Shown here: positions 25,624-33,670 of the stretch, piece after piece
Layout: each line of letters starts with the position of its first letter
How positions within the stretch are numbered: the first letter of the stretch is position 1
Origin: a virus
Lineage: Duplodnaviria > Heunggongvirae > Uroviricota > Caudoviricetes
Virus record (IMG/VR): IMGVR_UViG_2909288124_000006
Strand: one strand, 5' to 3'
Length of the DNA: 34,666 nt
Program-made: the position numbers and the translations under genes
The notes under the pieces: model-generated
What the model was told of the DNA's origin: nothing
Databases searched by the model: none
What the model saw: the letters and a program-made list of their open reading frames with translations, nothing else

Positions 25624-28376
25624 CCACTGGTCAGGCTACCCCGCAGCAGGTCTGCTTTGCGGTGGGCGCGTTCAGTGGTTTCACTGATTCTCTGTGCGTG
25701 CTCTGCGTCACGGATGGCGCGCAGCATGTCAGAAAGCACGGTAACGGGGGTTTTCATGGTGTTCTGGTCCTGCTGAAGTGTGGATGCCAGACGTGCGGCG
25801 GCTTCGGGGTCTGATGCCCCCAGTTGTTCCAGATAGCTGGCGACCGGGTTATGGCGGATCTCTGTGCTGCTTACGCCGTGATTACGGCTCAGGCGCTGCC
25901 AGAGCTGCGTGATTCGGCTGTCCGGGCGGGTATCCGGTTTGCGTACAATTTCAAATCCCTGCGGTGCAATGATGCTGCCGTCAACGTACAGGCTGCCGCC
26001 CCGTAACAGGTGCTGCATCTGCTGTTCACCGATATGCAGGCCGAGAGATTCGGCAGATTCCCGCCATTCTTTAGCGAGTAATTCGTGGTTATCAGGCAAA
26101 GGCCGCTGCTGTTTGCGGCTCTGTGTCCAGCTCTGCATTTCATCACTGCTGTTTTTTGCCTGTTTGTCACGAAGCGAACGCATCAGCGCCCGGCGTTCGT
26201 GCCGTTTCAGTGAGCGCATCCATTCGTTCACTTCAACGCCATCAGGGAGCTGCGGCCACGGTGCTGGCCGTTCTTCCGGCTGTTCTGTCCCGTTGTTGTT
26301 CGTTTCCTGTACACGGGGACAGTTATTGCCACGAGTCCAAGGGGCGGCAGGGCCGCCCTGAAGGTCAAAACCATTTTCGCGGGCGCTGTCTTCCGCTTCC
26401 GGTTTACGTCTTACCAGCTTCCAGTTATCCGGATGTGTGCACACACGGGAAGACTCCCCGATGAGTGGTGACCAGATCCCGTAAATCTGTACGCTCTGTT
26501 CGCCGTAATCGTTCAGCTCATCTGCGAGGTCGTAGGCGGTGCGAATCAGGTAGTCTTTGCGTGGAACAAGTACGCCGCCCTGTTTTTCAATGTAGGAGGC
26601 AAAACACCCGGCATCAGCGGCAGCGAGCACTGCATCCATTGCGTCATCCTTCAGTCGTTGCGGGCCTTCCGGGTTGCGTGCCATCTGGCTGGCAAGGCGG
26701 CGCAGTTCACGCCACACCTGACGGGAGGGGATGCCAAAGAACTGGAACTGGCGGACCCGGTGAAGGCGCGCCCAGCCGATGGCGCGCTCCACGCTCTCGG
26801 CCATTGATTTTCCGGTTTCGTGGTCAACGCGTGGCTTGCCCGTTTTCGGGTCGATACCATCCACGGCGCGGCTGTCCAGGTTCTTTCCGATGTAGGTGGC
26901 GATGTAGCTGGTTGGCGTGCCTTTTGAGCCGTCGACGTACTCCGCTTTAAAACGCGGAGTTATGTCATCGCCCAGCTCGTGGCGGTCTTCCTGAATGGCA
27001 ATATCGCAGACGTGGGACACGATGGTTTCAATCTCGTCCGGATGTGCAAAGACCATCATATGCCAGTGCACAGTGCCGTCATGGTGAGGCTCCACCGTGC
27101 GGATGCCATACCAGCGAAGACCGTCGCGGTTCAGTTTTTTGCGGACCGCCGCAAAAAACGTGTTAACCAGGTAATCGCTGGAGTCGCGCATGGTGGCCCC
27201 GTTCCATTTGGGATTCGGATGACCGTTCTCTGTTGTGGCGTGGTATTTTGACGGGCAGGTGACAGTCAGAAACACCGCTTTGTCGCCACGGGCTTCGGCC
27301 AGAAGTTCCAGCCCCTTCATGGTGGCCATCATTTCTGCCTTACGGTGAACCGGGTTACTTACTCCCGCGTAATACACTGTCTCGAGATCAATCGTGAACC
27401 CGTCTTCGTTTTCCAGCATGAAACTTTTCAGGAAATCGCGTGTTTTCTCGCGCTGTGCGCGAAACTCGCTTAATGCGTCCTGGCTCAGATAGGGCGATGT
27501 TTTTCTGGAAACCAGACAGGCGGCGCGGAGTTGTTCTTCTCTCCACTCGCAACGTAACAGCCACAGTTTGCGTTTCCACCATTCCGCACAGGTCAGGCGA
27601 AGGATTGCGCCCGGCAGCAGCTCCGTGTCCGGTTCGTTCCTCCGGTCTTTGTCTGTTGTCAGTGCGTCATAATGTGGAGGCATGATGTGCAGGTGTAACG
27701 CCATGCGGGCCAGCATCTGATACGCCTTCAGCGTTACATCCATGGTCAGTTCGCCATCGGTCGCGCCAAAGCCATCGCAGAGTTTTTCGAAGGTGCTGCT
27801 GAACATCGCCGCCGTCATGGTGGCCAGCGTCTGTATCTGGTGTTTGTTGAGCTGCGGCAGGTAAAGCAAATCGTCCAGGCGTTCGCGTCCGGCAAGGGAG
27901 CGATACCCCGGTGTCAGCCAGCGTCCGTCAGTGCGATCCAGACGTTCGAATATTTTGCGCAGGGTTCCGCGTGCATAGCGTTCCGCCTGCCAGCTCTTTT
28001 TGCATTTCCGGTGATCGGCTTCCTGTTTTTTGCGCAGGAAGGAGAGGTGGCGAATAAGCGGATCGCGCAGATAGGACGGCAGCAGGCGCAGCGAGGCCAT
28101 GGCTTCATCCACCGCGCCGCGTGCCTGTTTTCTGGCGTCTCCTGCCAGTGTGATGGTTTTGTCCTGTTTTTCCTGTGCGTCCAGGCTTTTATTAATCAGG
28201 TTGCCCAGCGGCGTGGCGGAGAACGCCGCATCAGCCATTTCTTGGCGTCGCTCGTTCTCTGCCCGGTAGGCATCCAGCCAGGAGGAAAGCGCGGATTCAG
28301 GAGCGGGGATCCCCGTTCCTTCACGCCCCACTGCGTGGCGCGGTTGTTGCCAGTCCCTGATGTACTCTGCCGTCAT
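25554..28376 (-). CDS. A: Replication initiation endonuclease A (rolling-circle, P2 gpA family)
   Basis: 940 aa; VEPHHDGTVHWHMMVF and YIATYIGKN motifs typical of gpA. Confidence 0.9.
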   Translation of the reverse strand: MTAEYIRDWQQPRHAVGREGTGIPAPESALSSWLDAYRAENERRQEMADAAFSATPLGNLINKSLDAQEKQDKTITLAGDARKQARGAVDEAMASLRLLPSYLRDPLIRHLSFLRKKQEADHRKCKKSWQAERYARGTLRKIFERLDRTDGRWLTPGYRSLAGRERLDDLLYLPQLNKHQIQTLATMTAAMFSSTFEKLCDGFGATDGELTMDVTLKAYQMLARMALHLHIMPPHYDALTTDKDRRNEPDTELLPGAILRLTCAEWWKRKLWLLRCEWREEQLRAACLVSRKTSPYLSQDALSEFRAQREKTRDFLKSFMLENEDGFTIDLETVYYAGVSNPVHRKAEMMATMKGLELLAEARGDKAVFLTVTCPSKYHATTENGHPNPKWNGATMRDSSDYLVNTFFAAVRKKLNRDGLRWYGIRTVEPHHDGTVHWHMMVFAHPDEIETIVSHVCDIAIQEDRHELGDDITPRFKAEYVDGSKGTPTSYIATYIGKNLDSRAVDGIDPKTGKPRVDHETGKSMAESVERAIGWARLHRVRQFQFFGIPSRQVWRELRRLASQMARNPEGPQRLKDDAMDAVLAAADAGCFASYIEKQGGVLVPRKDYLIRTAYDLADELNDYGEQSVQIYGIWSPLIGESSRVCTHPDNWKLVRRKPEAEDSARENGFDLQGGPAAPWTRGNNCPRVQETNNNGTEQPEERPAPWPQLPDGVEVNEWMRSLKRHERRALMRSLRDKQAKNSSDEMQSWTQSRKQQRPLPDNHELLAKEWRESAESLGLHIGEQQMQHLLRGGSLYVDGSIIAPQGFEIVRKPDTRPDSRITQLWQRLSRNHGVSSTEIRHNPVASYLEQLGASDPEAAARLASTLQQDQNTMKTPVTVLSDMLRAIRDAEHAQRISETTERAHRKADLLRGSLTSGNKKQTETGFTNPVNEQKTRRDI

Positions 28377-28382
28377 AGTGAT

Positions 28383-28748
28383 TTACTTCGTCATGCCATT
28401 CAGGGTGTCGCGGCAGACGGTAGCCAGCCGCTGAATTTCCAGCACGGTGTCTTCTGTGTCGGCATGGCGATGTGTGATGCGGATGCTGTCGGCAATCACA
28501 TCGACGATTGCAGAGGATGGGCGCTGGTAAATGCCAATAACGGACGGGGTACCACCTTCAATGCGGTAAAGCCTGTAATTCCCCTCGTGGCTGTCAATCA
28601 TGTAGCGGCCATCAATAACAATCTTTCCGTCAGCGAGCTGCGGTACAGGCAGGGATTTCAGATACATGTCATAACGATCACGTACGCGAGCGGCAAGATC
28701 ACGCTCTGTGTTGAGCAGGTATTCAAGAAAGTCGTTGGCGAGAATCAT
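28383..28748 (-). CDS. Hypothetical protein (121 aa) immediately upstream of A
   Basis: ORF with tight spacing to A. Confidence 0.5.
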   Translation of the reverse strand: MILANDFLEYLLNTERDLAARVRDRYDMYLKSLPVPQLADGKIVIDGRYMIDSHEGNYRLYRIEGGTPSVIGIYQRPSSAIVDVIADSIRITHRHADTEDTVLEIQRLATVCRDTLNGMTK

Positions 28749-28820
28749 TGCGGCAATCCTCTTGTTACAGATGTGCGAAGGCCTCCCGCCGCAAGGTGCA
28801 GGAAAGGCCCGGAACAGGAA

Positions 28821-29051
28821 TTAATGGAGTTTGTTTTGCTGCTGGATGAGATCCTGAAGAGACAGGAGGTCTTCCGCCAGATAGCTGAATACAGCGGCGC
28901 AGTAGTCGGCTGAAATAGTGCTGTTGAGTCTGTGCAATGTGTTGGATTGCATGATAAAGGCGATGTGTGCAGCGCGGGTGAGTCTGCGATCGATTTCAGT
29001 CTGGATGTGACGACGCTCCGCGATAGTGCGGTGCTGTTTGCGGTTTGCCAT
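28821..29051 (-). CDS. Hypothetical basic protein (76 aa)
   Basis: ORF with SD AAGAGG; its SD lies inside a repeated motif. Confidence 0.4.
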   Translation of the reverse strand: MANRKQHRTIAERRHIQTEIDRRLTRAAHIAFIMQSNTLHRLNSTISADYCAAVFSYLAEDLLSLQDLIQQQNKLH

Positions 29052-29227
29052 GATATGTGGCCTCTTGTAGTAAGTTGTGAAAACTCACCATCCAGAGCTG
29101 CGAAACTGTGGGTGGCGAGACGTACGAGGTTCGCAGTACCGGCTACAAGAGATCCCGGCCCGACCGAAGTCGGCCCCGTACACCCCGCCATAATTCTGAC
29201 GCGAAAAAAACGTGGCAATACAGTACG

Positions 29228-29355
29228 CACAAAAAAACCGCTGGCGCGGTTGTGCGCTCTTGTAGTCAGCAGGCTGCGAAACCCGGCACCCGTTTTATGA
29301 GGTGCAGCGGAAATGTAACCTGACTGATTGCGGCATGGCAAGCGGTTTTTTTGTG
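29228..29355. repeat. Perfect 15-bp inverted repeat (cacaaaaaaaccgct / agcggtttttttgtg) separated by 98 bp
   Basis: Arms at 29228-29242 and 29341-29355. Confidence 0.6.
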
Positions 29356-29418
29356 AGAACGGCATACTAAAAAATCCTGATACTGCTCCGGCCAGCGGTT
29401 TTCACTGGCCGGGTTTAA

Positions 29419-30249
29419 TTACTTCACCGGAACAAACGGAACAGCGGTGTTACTGGTCATGTATTGCGGTAGCGTGCCGTTCCATTTGTTAATCGCTTCC
29501 AGCTCCATAACGCCGGGATTCTGGCGCAGAGCTTCACCGCGTAAACGAATGGCGTCGGCTTCAGCCTGGGCTTTTGTGCGAATGGCATCGGCCTGTCCGG
29601 CTGCTTCTGCGCGTAGCATGTTGGCTTCTGCTTCGCGCTGCTTGACTTCCTGTTCGCGTTGCAGGGTTTTCTGGTTTGCCGTGACTTTGGCGTTAATGCT
29701 GTCGATAACGGTTGGCGGATATTCCGGTTTACCGACATAAGAGAGGCTCATGACCTGAATGCCGATGGGGGTCATCTCTTCCTGAATATCTTTAAGTGCT
29801 GAATCCAGCAGTTCAGACTTACCACCGTCGATAAACTTATCGGTGGTCATTTTGCTGGCCAGTCGGTTGAGTGCATCGGCGATCTTCTGGCGCAGGTCAG
29901 TGTCGGTAATGTCATCCACGCCTTTGCGGTAGGTCTGAAACACTGTAGTAACTTTGGATGGATCAACCTTGTAGGCCACACCGATGTGATAGCCGATGGT
30001 TGTGCCGTCACTCATCTGGAAGCTGAACGGCTCATCGTAGGTCTTCATTTGTTTGAAGGTCGGGAAGATGTAAACCTCGGTATTCCAGCCAGTCCAGTAG
30101 CGGCCAACGCCAACCACTTCGCCGACGCCTTTGTCGTCGCCCAGTTTGTTGACTTTGATGCCCACATTACCTGGCTCAACGCGATCGCAACCAACCAGCA
30201 GGATGGCGGCAAAAAGCGGGAGAATCTGAAAGAGTTTGAATTTCTTCAT
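29419..30249 (-). CDS. SPFH/band-7 domain lipoprotein (lipobox LLVGC with Asp at +2, predicted inner-membrane retention)
   Basis: 276 aa; SPFH-like N-terminal domain then Ala/Glu/Gln-rich coiled-coil; hairpin downstream at about 29383-29408. Confidence 0.8.
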   Translation of the reverse strand: MKKFKLFQILPLFAAILLVGCDRVEPGNVGIKVNKLGDDKGVGEVVGVGRYWTGWNTEVYIFPTFKQMKTYDEPFSFQMSDGTTIGYHIGVAYKVDPSKVTTVFQTYRKGVDDITDTDLRQKIADALNRLASKMTTDKFIDGGKSELLDSALKDIQEEMTPIGIQVMSLSYVGKPEYPPTVIDSINAKVTANQKTLQREQEVKQREAEANMLRAEAAGQADAIRTKAQAEADAIRLRGEALRQNPGVMELEAINKWNGTLPQYMTSNTAVPFVPVK

Positions 30250-30449
30250 TGTTTGATTTCCTTGATGTACTTACTGAAAAGGCGAACAACGCCTGCCGGG
30301 TACAGCATGGCAATAAAAATGCCCAGCAATACCAGGAAGGAGCTGTCTGATGAAATCATTCGGGGGAGTAGTCCTGCATACAGAATGAGAGAGACGAGGA
30401 CGCATACCAGCGCCCACATGTATGCGCGAAACCAGGTCTTTTTGTTCAT
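30246..30449 (-). CDS. Small two-TM membrane protein, translationally coupled (ATGA) to the SPFH gene
   Basis: 67 aa, two hydrophobic helices; stop overlaps SPFH start. Confidence 0.6.
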   Translation of the reverse strand: MNKKTWFRAYMWALVCVLVSLILYAGLLPRMISSDSSFLVLLGIFIAMLYPAGVVRLFSKYIKEIKQ

Positions 30450-30460
30450 ATCGCGGTCCT

Positions 30461-30760
30461 TTACTGGTTAAGGAAAAAATCGAAAACGTTGTCGATGCGT
30501 TGCAGCAGCTCCTGCTGCATTGCTTCCGGCGTTTCTGATTCACCTGGTGACTCCAGCGTCGCGCAAAAATCCTTGATTTCATGATGGAGTGTCAGACGAA
30601 TGGCAGGAGCCATGGTTCTGGCGTGCTCCAGCTCATCCAGCAGTGCCAGCACGGCAGATGGCGAGAGCATTGCGCGAAACGCCAGTAATTTTTGATGCGT
30701 TGCCATTCGTTGCAGGTCAGTCGCCAGTTCGCGTAGTTCCTGGTGGTTGATGGTGCTCAT
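30461..30760 (-). CDS. Hypothetical protein (99 aa)
   Basis: ORF in early operon, overlaps upstream gene stop. Confidence 0.5.
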   Translation of the reverse strand: MSTINHQELRELATDLQRMATHQKLLAFRAMLSPSAVLALLDELEHARTMAPAIRLTLHHEIKDFCATLESPGESETPEAMQQELLQRIDNVFDFFLNQ

Positions 30761-31002
30761 GCTCTGGCTTCCTTCAGTAGCTGGTTAAACAAGTGAGTAA
30801 GCGGGTTGCCACACCCGAACTGCATCGGGTTTACCTGGTAAGAAAAGCGACCACCTGTTTTGCGCTCTTTTCTTATGACTGAACCGCTGCGCCAGAGTCG
30901 GCGTAACTCCGCATTAATGGCTGTGGTTGGGGTATTCAGTGCTGCGGCGATTTCTCCACCGCTACAACCCGGATTGGCGGCGATGTAGTCCAGAATGGTC
31001 AT
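30757..31002 (-). CDS. Small winged-helix-like DNA-binding protein (81 aa)
   Basis: ILDYIAANPGCSGGEIAAALN... resembles HTH; assignment tentative. Confidence 0.45.
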   Translation of the reverse strand: MTILDYIAANPGCSGGEIAAALNTPTTAINAELRRLWRSGSVIRKERKTGGRFSYQVNPMQFGCGNPLTHLFNQLLKEARA

Positions 31003-31202
31003 CTGCGTGACTCCTGTACCAGTCTGATAAGATTCACCTGCACCACGTTGGTGGCGCAGAAGTAAGTGTCGTCAGTGAGATAAATGTGATGCGCGTCAGG
31101 TTGCGAACGGTGACGGTCGATCGTTTTAATCAGCCGTTCGTCAACTTCGTATTCACGCCCTCTGGAGGTGAAACGAATGACGGAAAAACGCTTAATTGCC
31201 AT
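30999..31202 (-). CDS. Hypothetical protein (67 aa)
   Basis: ORF in early operon with overlapping stop/start. Confidence 0.45.
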   Translation of the reverse strand: MAIKRFSVIRFTSRGREYEVDERLIKTIDRHRSQPDAHHIYLTDDTYFCATNVVQVNLIRLVQESRR

Positions 31203-31225
31203 TGCGCCCCCTTTGTCCAGTAACC

Positions 31226-31636
31226 CTATGCGTTAAATACGGTGTGTTGGGCGTCATCAATGAATGCAACTTGAGAGCGCTCTATCAGGCGGAGATTTGT
31301 CAGAATCTCTGATTCCCTTATGGGGTGAGGAGTGATCAGGTATTTATCCTGTAATCCGGCGATAATGGTGTATCGCTGTAGCTCCGAGCCAATTGTGTAA
31401 ATAAGGCGTCCGGTGTTAGACAAATCCAGTCCGGTGACTGGTTGTGTTCTGAGAACCGCCAGTTCAGCATCCTGTTTTGCGATAATTTCTGCTGCTTCTG
31501 CCGTGACTCTTGCGACTATCAGTGTGTGGGTTGCGACGTCCATATGTGCATTTGCCACGGCTTTTTTCGCTACTTCGTTTTCTGTCTTTGAAATTTCTTT
31601 CAGTACTCTGATGATACCTTCTTCTTTTGCGTGCAT
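31226..31636 (-). CDS. Hypothetical protein (136 aa)
   Basis: ORF with SD ACGGAG. Confidence 0.5.
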   Translation of the reverse strand: MHAKEEGIIRVLKEISKTENEVAKKAVANAHMDVATHTLIVARVTAEAAEIIAKQDAELAVLRTQPVTGLDLSNTGRLIYTIGSELQRYTIIAGLQDKYLITPHPIRESEILTNLRLIERSQVAFIDDAQHTVFNA

Positions 31637-31726
31637 TTTTGTATCTCCGTTATTTGCGTGTGCGAATACCTCCGTTAATACGGATGGTTTTCACGCTTTC
31701 TTATTTAATTTGATGTTTTATTTGTA

Positions 31727-31843
31727 TCGTTATTCACCAGTGAAAAAGCGTTCAATCTTTTTTACTGAATGAATAATTCGCATAATCCCAATGGCGCAGG
31801 CCACCGAAATAATCAGAACAAGCCATGAGATAAATATACTCAT
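31727..31843 (-). CDS. 38-aa hydrophobic single-TM peptide (MSIFISWLVLIISVACAIGIMRIIHSVKKIERFFTGE), coupled by ATGA to upstream ORF
   Basis: Hand-translated; below ORF-track size cutoff; ATG overlaps TGA of the 81-aa ORF. Confidence 0.4.
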
Positions 31844-32085
31844 GCAATATTCCCCAGCTTATACGGTTCAATATGTTCCCCGCATTCTGCGGCACAGATC
31901 AGCTCGGAAAGTTCGTTAAGTGCATCCAGATCATCAGCGTAAAAAGCCACGTCATACAGACTCCGGATTGCCCTGGTCAATGAGTCACGGGCTGCACGTT
32001 CAGCATGAGCGCCTGATGCGCTTAAGCGAAAATAAAAACGCTCAAGTGCTTTGTTAATGAGAGTTTTATATTCTTTGCCCATCAC
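31840..32085 (-). CDS. Hypothetical protein (81 aa)
   Basis: ORF; coupled to downstream small peptide. Confidence 0.5.
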   Translation of the reverse strand: MMGKEYKTLINKALERFYFRLSASGAHAERAARDSLTRAIRSLYDVAFYADDLDALNELSELICAAECGEHIEPYKLGNIA

Positions 32086-32093
32086 AACGCCCT

Positions 32094-32372
32094 TTAATCT
32101 GCTTTCTTAATTTCAGCTTCTGAATCCATACAAATAATTTCGATATAGGGTTCATCGCTATTAGCCTGGCGCGCTTTTTCAGCTTCGTTAATGGCTTCGC
32201 GAACGGTCTGGTACGGAAGCTCCACGATCAGTTGTGCGTTGTTCGCATAAACGTGAGTAACTGCTTTTTTTTCTGCCTGGGCTACAGCATCAATAGCTGA
32301 TGCACGTAATAACAGTTCACCGCGAAAATCAATAAAACGGATAAATACACCTTGTGCATACTCTTTGGTCAT
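32094..32372 (-). CDS. Hypothetical protein (92 aa)
   Basis: ORF in early operon. Confidence 0.5.
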   Translation of the reverse strand: MTKEYAQGVFIRFIDFRGELLLRASAIDAVAQAEKKAVTHVYANNAQLIVELPYQTVREAINEAEKARQANSDEPYIEIICMDSEAEIKKAD

Positions 32373-32382
32373 AAATCACCTG

Positions 32383-32733
32383 TTATAAATCAACCTGTTT
32401 AATAAAACTTTGTCCGCGAAGCAGACGATCAACCGTGCGAAGTGCTTCGTATAATGTGAAATCCTGCCCGAACTGATTGTCGCCGCTGCTCAGTGCAAAA
32501 ATGCGGTTTCCAGTAAACGGATTGCGTGGGCATTTGTGGACCACGATTCCTGCTTTTTCAATCAGCCAGGTGTGTTCACCAATTTGTTTTACGGGATGGC
32601 CATCAGGTGTGGCGTGTGTTTCGCTCAGGCTGTAGCGAGAGTTGCTACGTGATGCACTGGTAGCGAAACGGTTAGCGTGGCGTTCCGCACCGTTGCGGAA
32701 GCGCTGCTGTGAAGAATTGCGCTGTTCCTTCAT
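32383..32733 (-). CDS. Hypothetical protein (116 aa)
   Basis: ORF in early operon. Confidence 0.5.
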   Translation of the reverse strand: MKEQRNSSQQRFRNGAERHANRFATSASRSNSRYSLSETHATPDGHPVKQIGEHTWLIEKAGIVVHKCPRNPFTGNRIFALSSGDNQFGQDFTLYEALRTVDRLLRGQSFIKQVDL

Positions 32734-32770
32734 ATCAAAATACTCCGCCTAAAATGAATTATGGTTTGAG

Positions 32771-33022
32771 TTATGCTGCTTTACCGCTGATATTTCCGTT
32801 TCGTCTGCCACTTGTTGGCTTAAACAAAAACAGACGGTTTTCCCAGTCGTGCCATTCCTGAGGTGCGTTTTCGATGAGGCGATCGCATGCTTCATCCCAC
32901 GCTTTTCTGTTGATGTAGAGTTCAGCGTTTCCGCCTGGTTTGAGAGGGTCCGCCATATACACCGCAGGTAGCTTTCCTGCTTTGGCCATGCTTACGATGG
33001 CGTCAACGGTCTTTCCGATATA
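32771..33022 (-). CDS. cox: Cox-like excisionase/early repressor (start uncertain; frame is open up to 33235)
   Basis: IGKTVDAIVSMAKAGKLPAVYMADP resembles P2 Cox IGKSTGAVRRMIDKGKLPVIDMTDP; ATG 33022 has SD AAGGA; divergent from C. Confidence 0.6.
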   Translation of the reverse strand, partial: YIGKTVDAIVSMAKAGKLPAVYMADPLKPGGNAELYINRKAWDEACDRLIENAPQEWHDWENRLFLFKPTSGRRNGNISGKAA

Positions 33023-33268
33023 CATCGCAAATCCTTCTTTTGACAGGAGATGCGAGGGATTTTCTGAAAGTCGAATCTCTTCACGTTCACGTGCTTTGCG
33101 TCCTGTTTTTTGATGCTCCCCTTCTGGCATTTCTGGCAGGTGATCGCATCGTGTTCCGCAAAGTGACTCAGGCGCGTTTTGAGTGCTTTCTTGCATCTGA
33201 TATCCTCCGCCATTGGTGCTTTTTCTAATTGGCACTAGTTGGAACCACTTAGAACATTCTTTTGCTGT

Positions 33269-33295
33269 TCATATGTGGTGTTAATCTACACATAT
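33269..33295. promoter_or_regulatory. Inverted repeat catatgtg N11 cacatatg in the cox/C intergenic switch region; operator candidate
   Basis: 8-bp perfect arms 15 bp upstream of C start; overlaps C ribosome-binding region. Confidence 0.4.
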
Positions 33296-33310
33296 GTAGG
33301 AGTTTGTCAA

Positions 33311-33604
33311 ATGGACATTCCTCAAAAAATTCGCGTCATGCGTAAATCTGAAGATCTGACTCAGCGGGAATTCGCTGATATGATTGGAATTTCTTATTCT
33401 GCTCTGACCAGTTATGAGTATGGTCGTAACCTTCCTGGTCTTGAGATCACTATCAAGCTTTTCAAGCACCCGAGATTTTCTAAATACCGCGACTGGTTTT
33501 TGTTTGATGAAGTTGCACCCAAGGCCGGGCAGGTTGTACCGGCTCTCGCACACATTGGGCAAGACGAAGCGGAATCATCCCGCTCCGGCAAGAAAACTGG
33601 TTAA
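33311..33604 (+). CDS. C: Immunity repressor C
   Basis: VMRKSEDLTQREFADMIGISYSALTSYEYGRN... and C-terminal PALAHIGQDE...SGKKTG resemble P2 C; start ATG 33311 with SD AGGAG. Confidence 0.85.
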   Translation: MDIPQKIRVMRKSEDLTQREFADMIGISYSALTSYEYGRNLPGLEITIKLFKHPRFSKYRDWFLFDEVAPKAGQVVPALAHIGQDEAESSRSGKKTG

Positions 33605-33670
33605 CGGTTCATCAGGCATTTATTTCCCAGAGCTGTGATCAAGATGATGTTTTCATTGGAGGGCTTCCTT

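Noticed and set aside
27840-28913. 357-aa ORF on the plus strand
   Set aside because: Antisense to replication gene A and the ORF upstream of it; no recognisable family.
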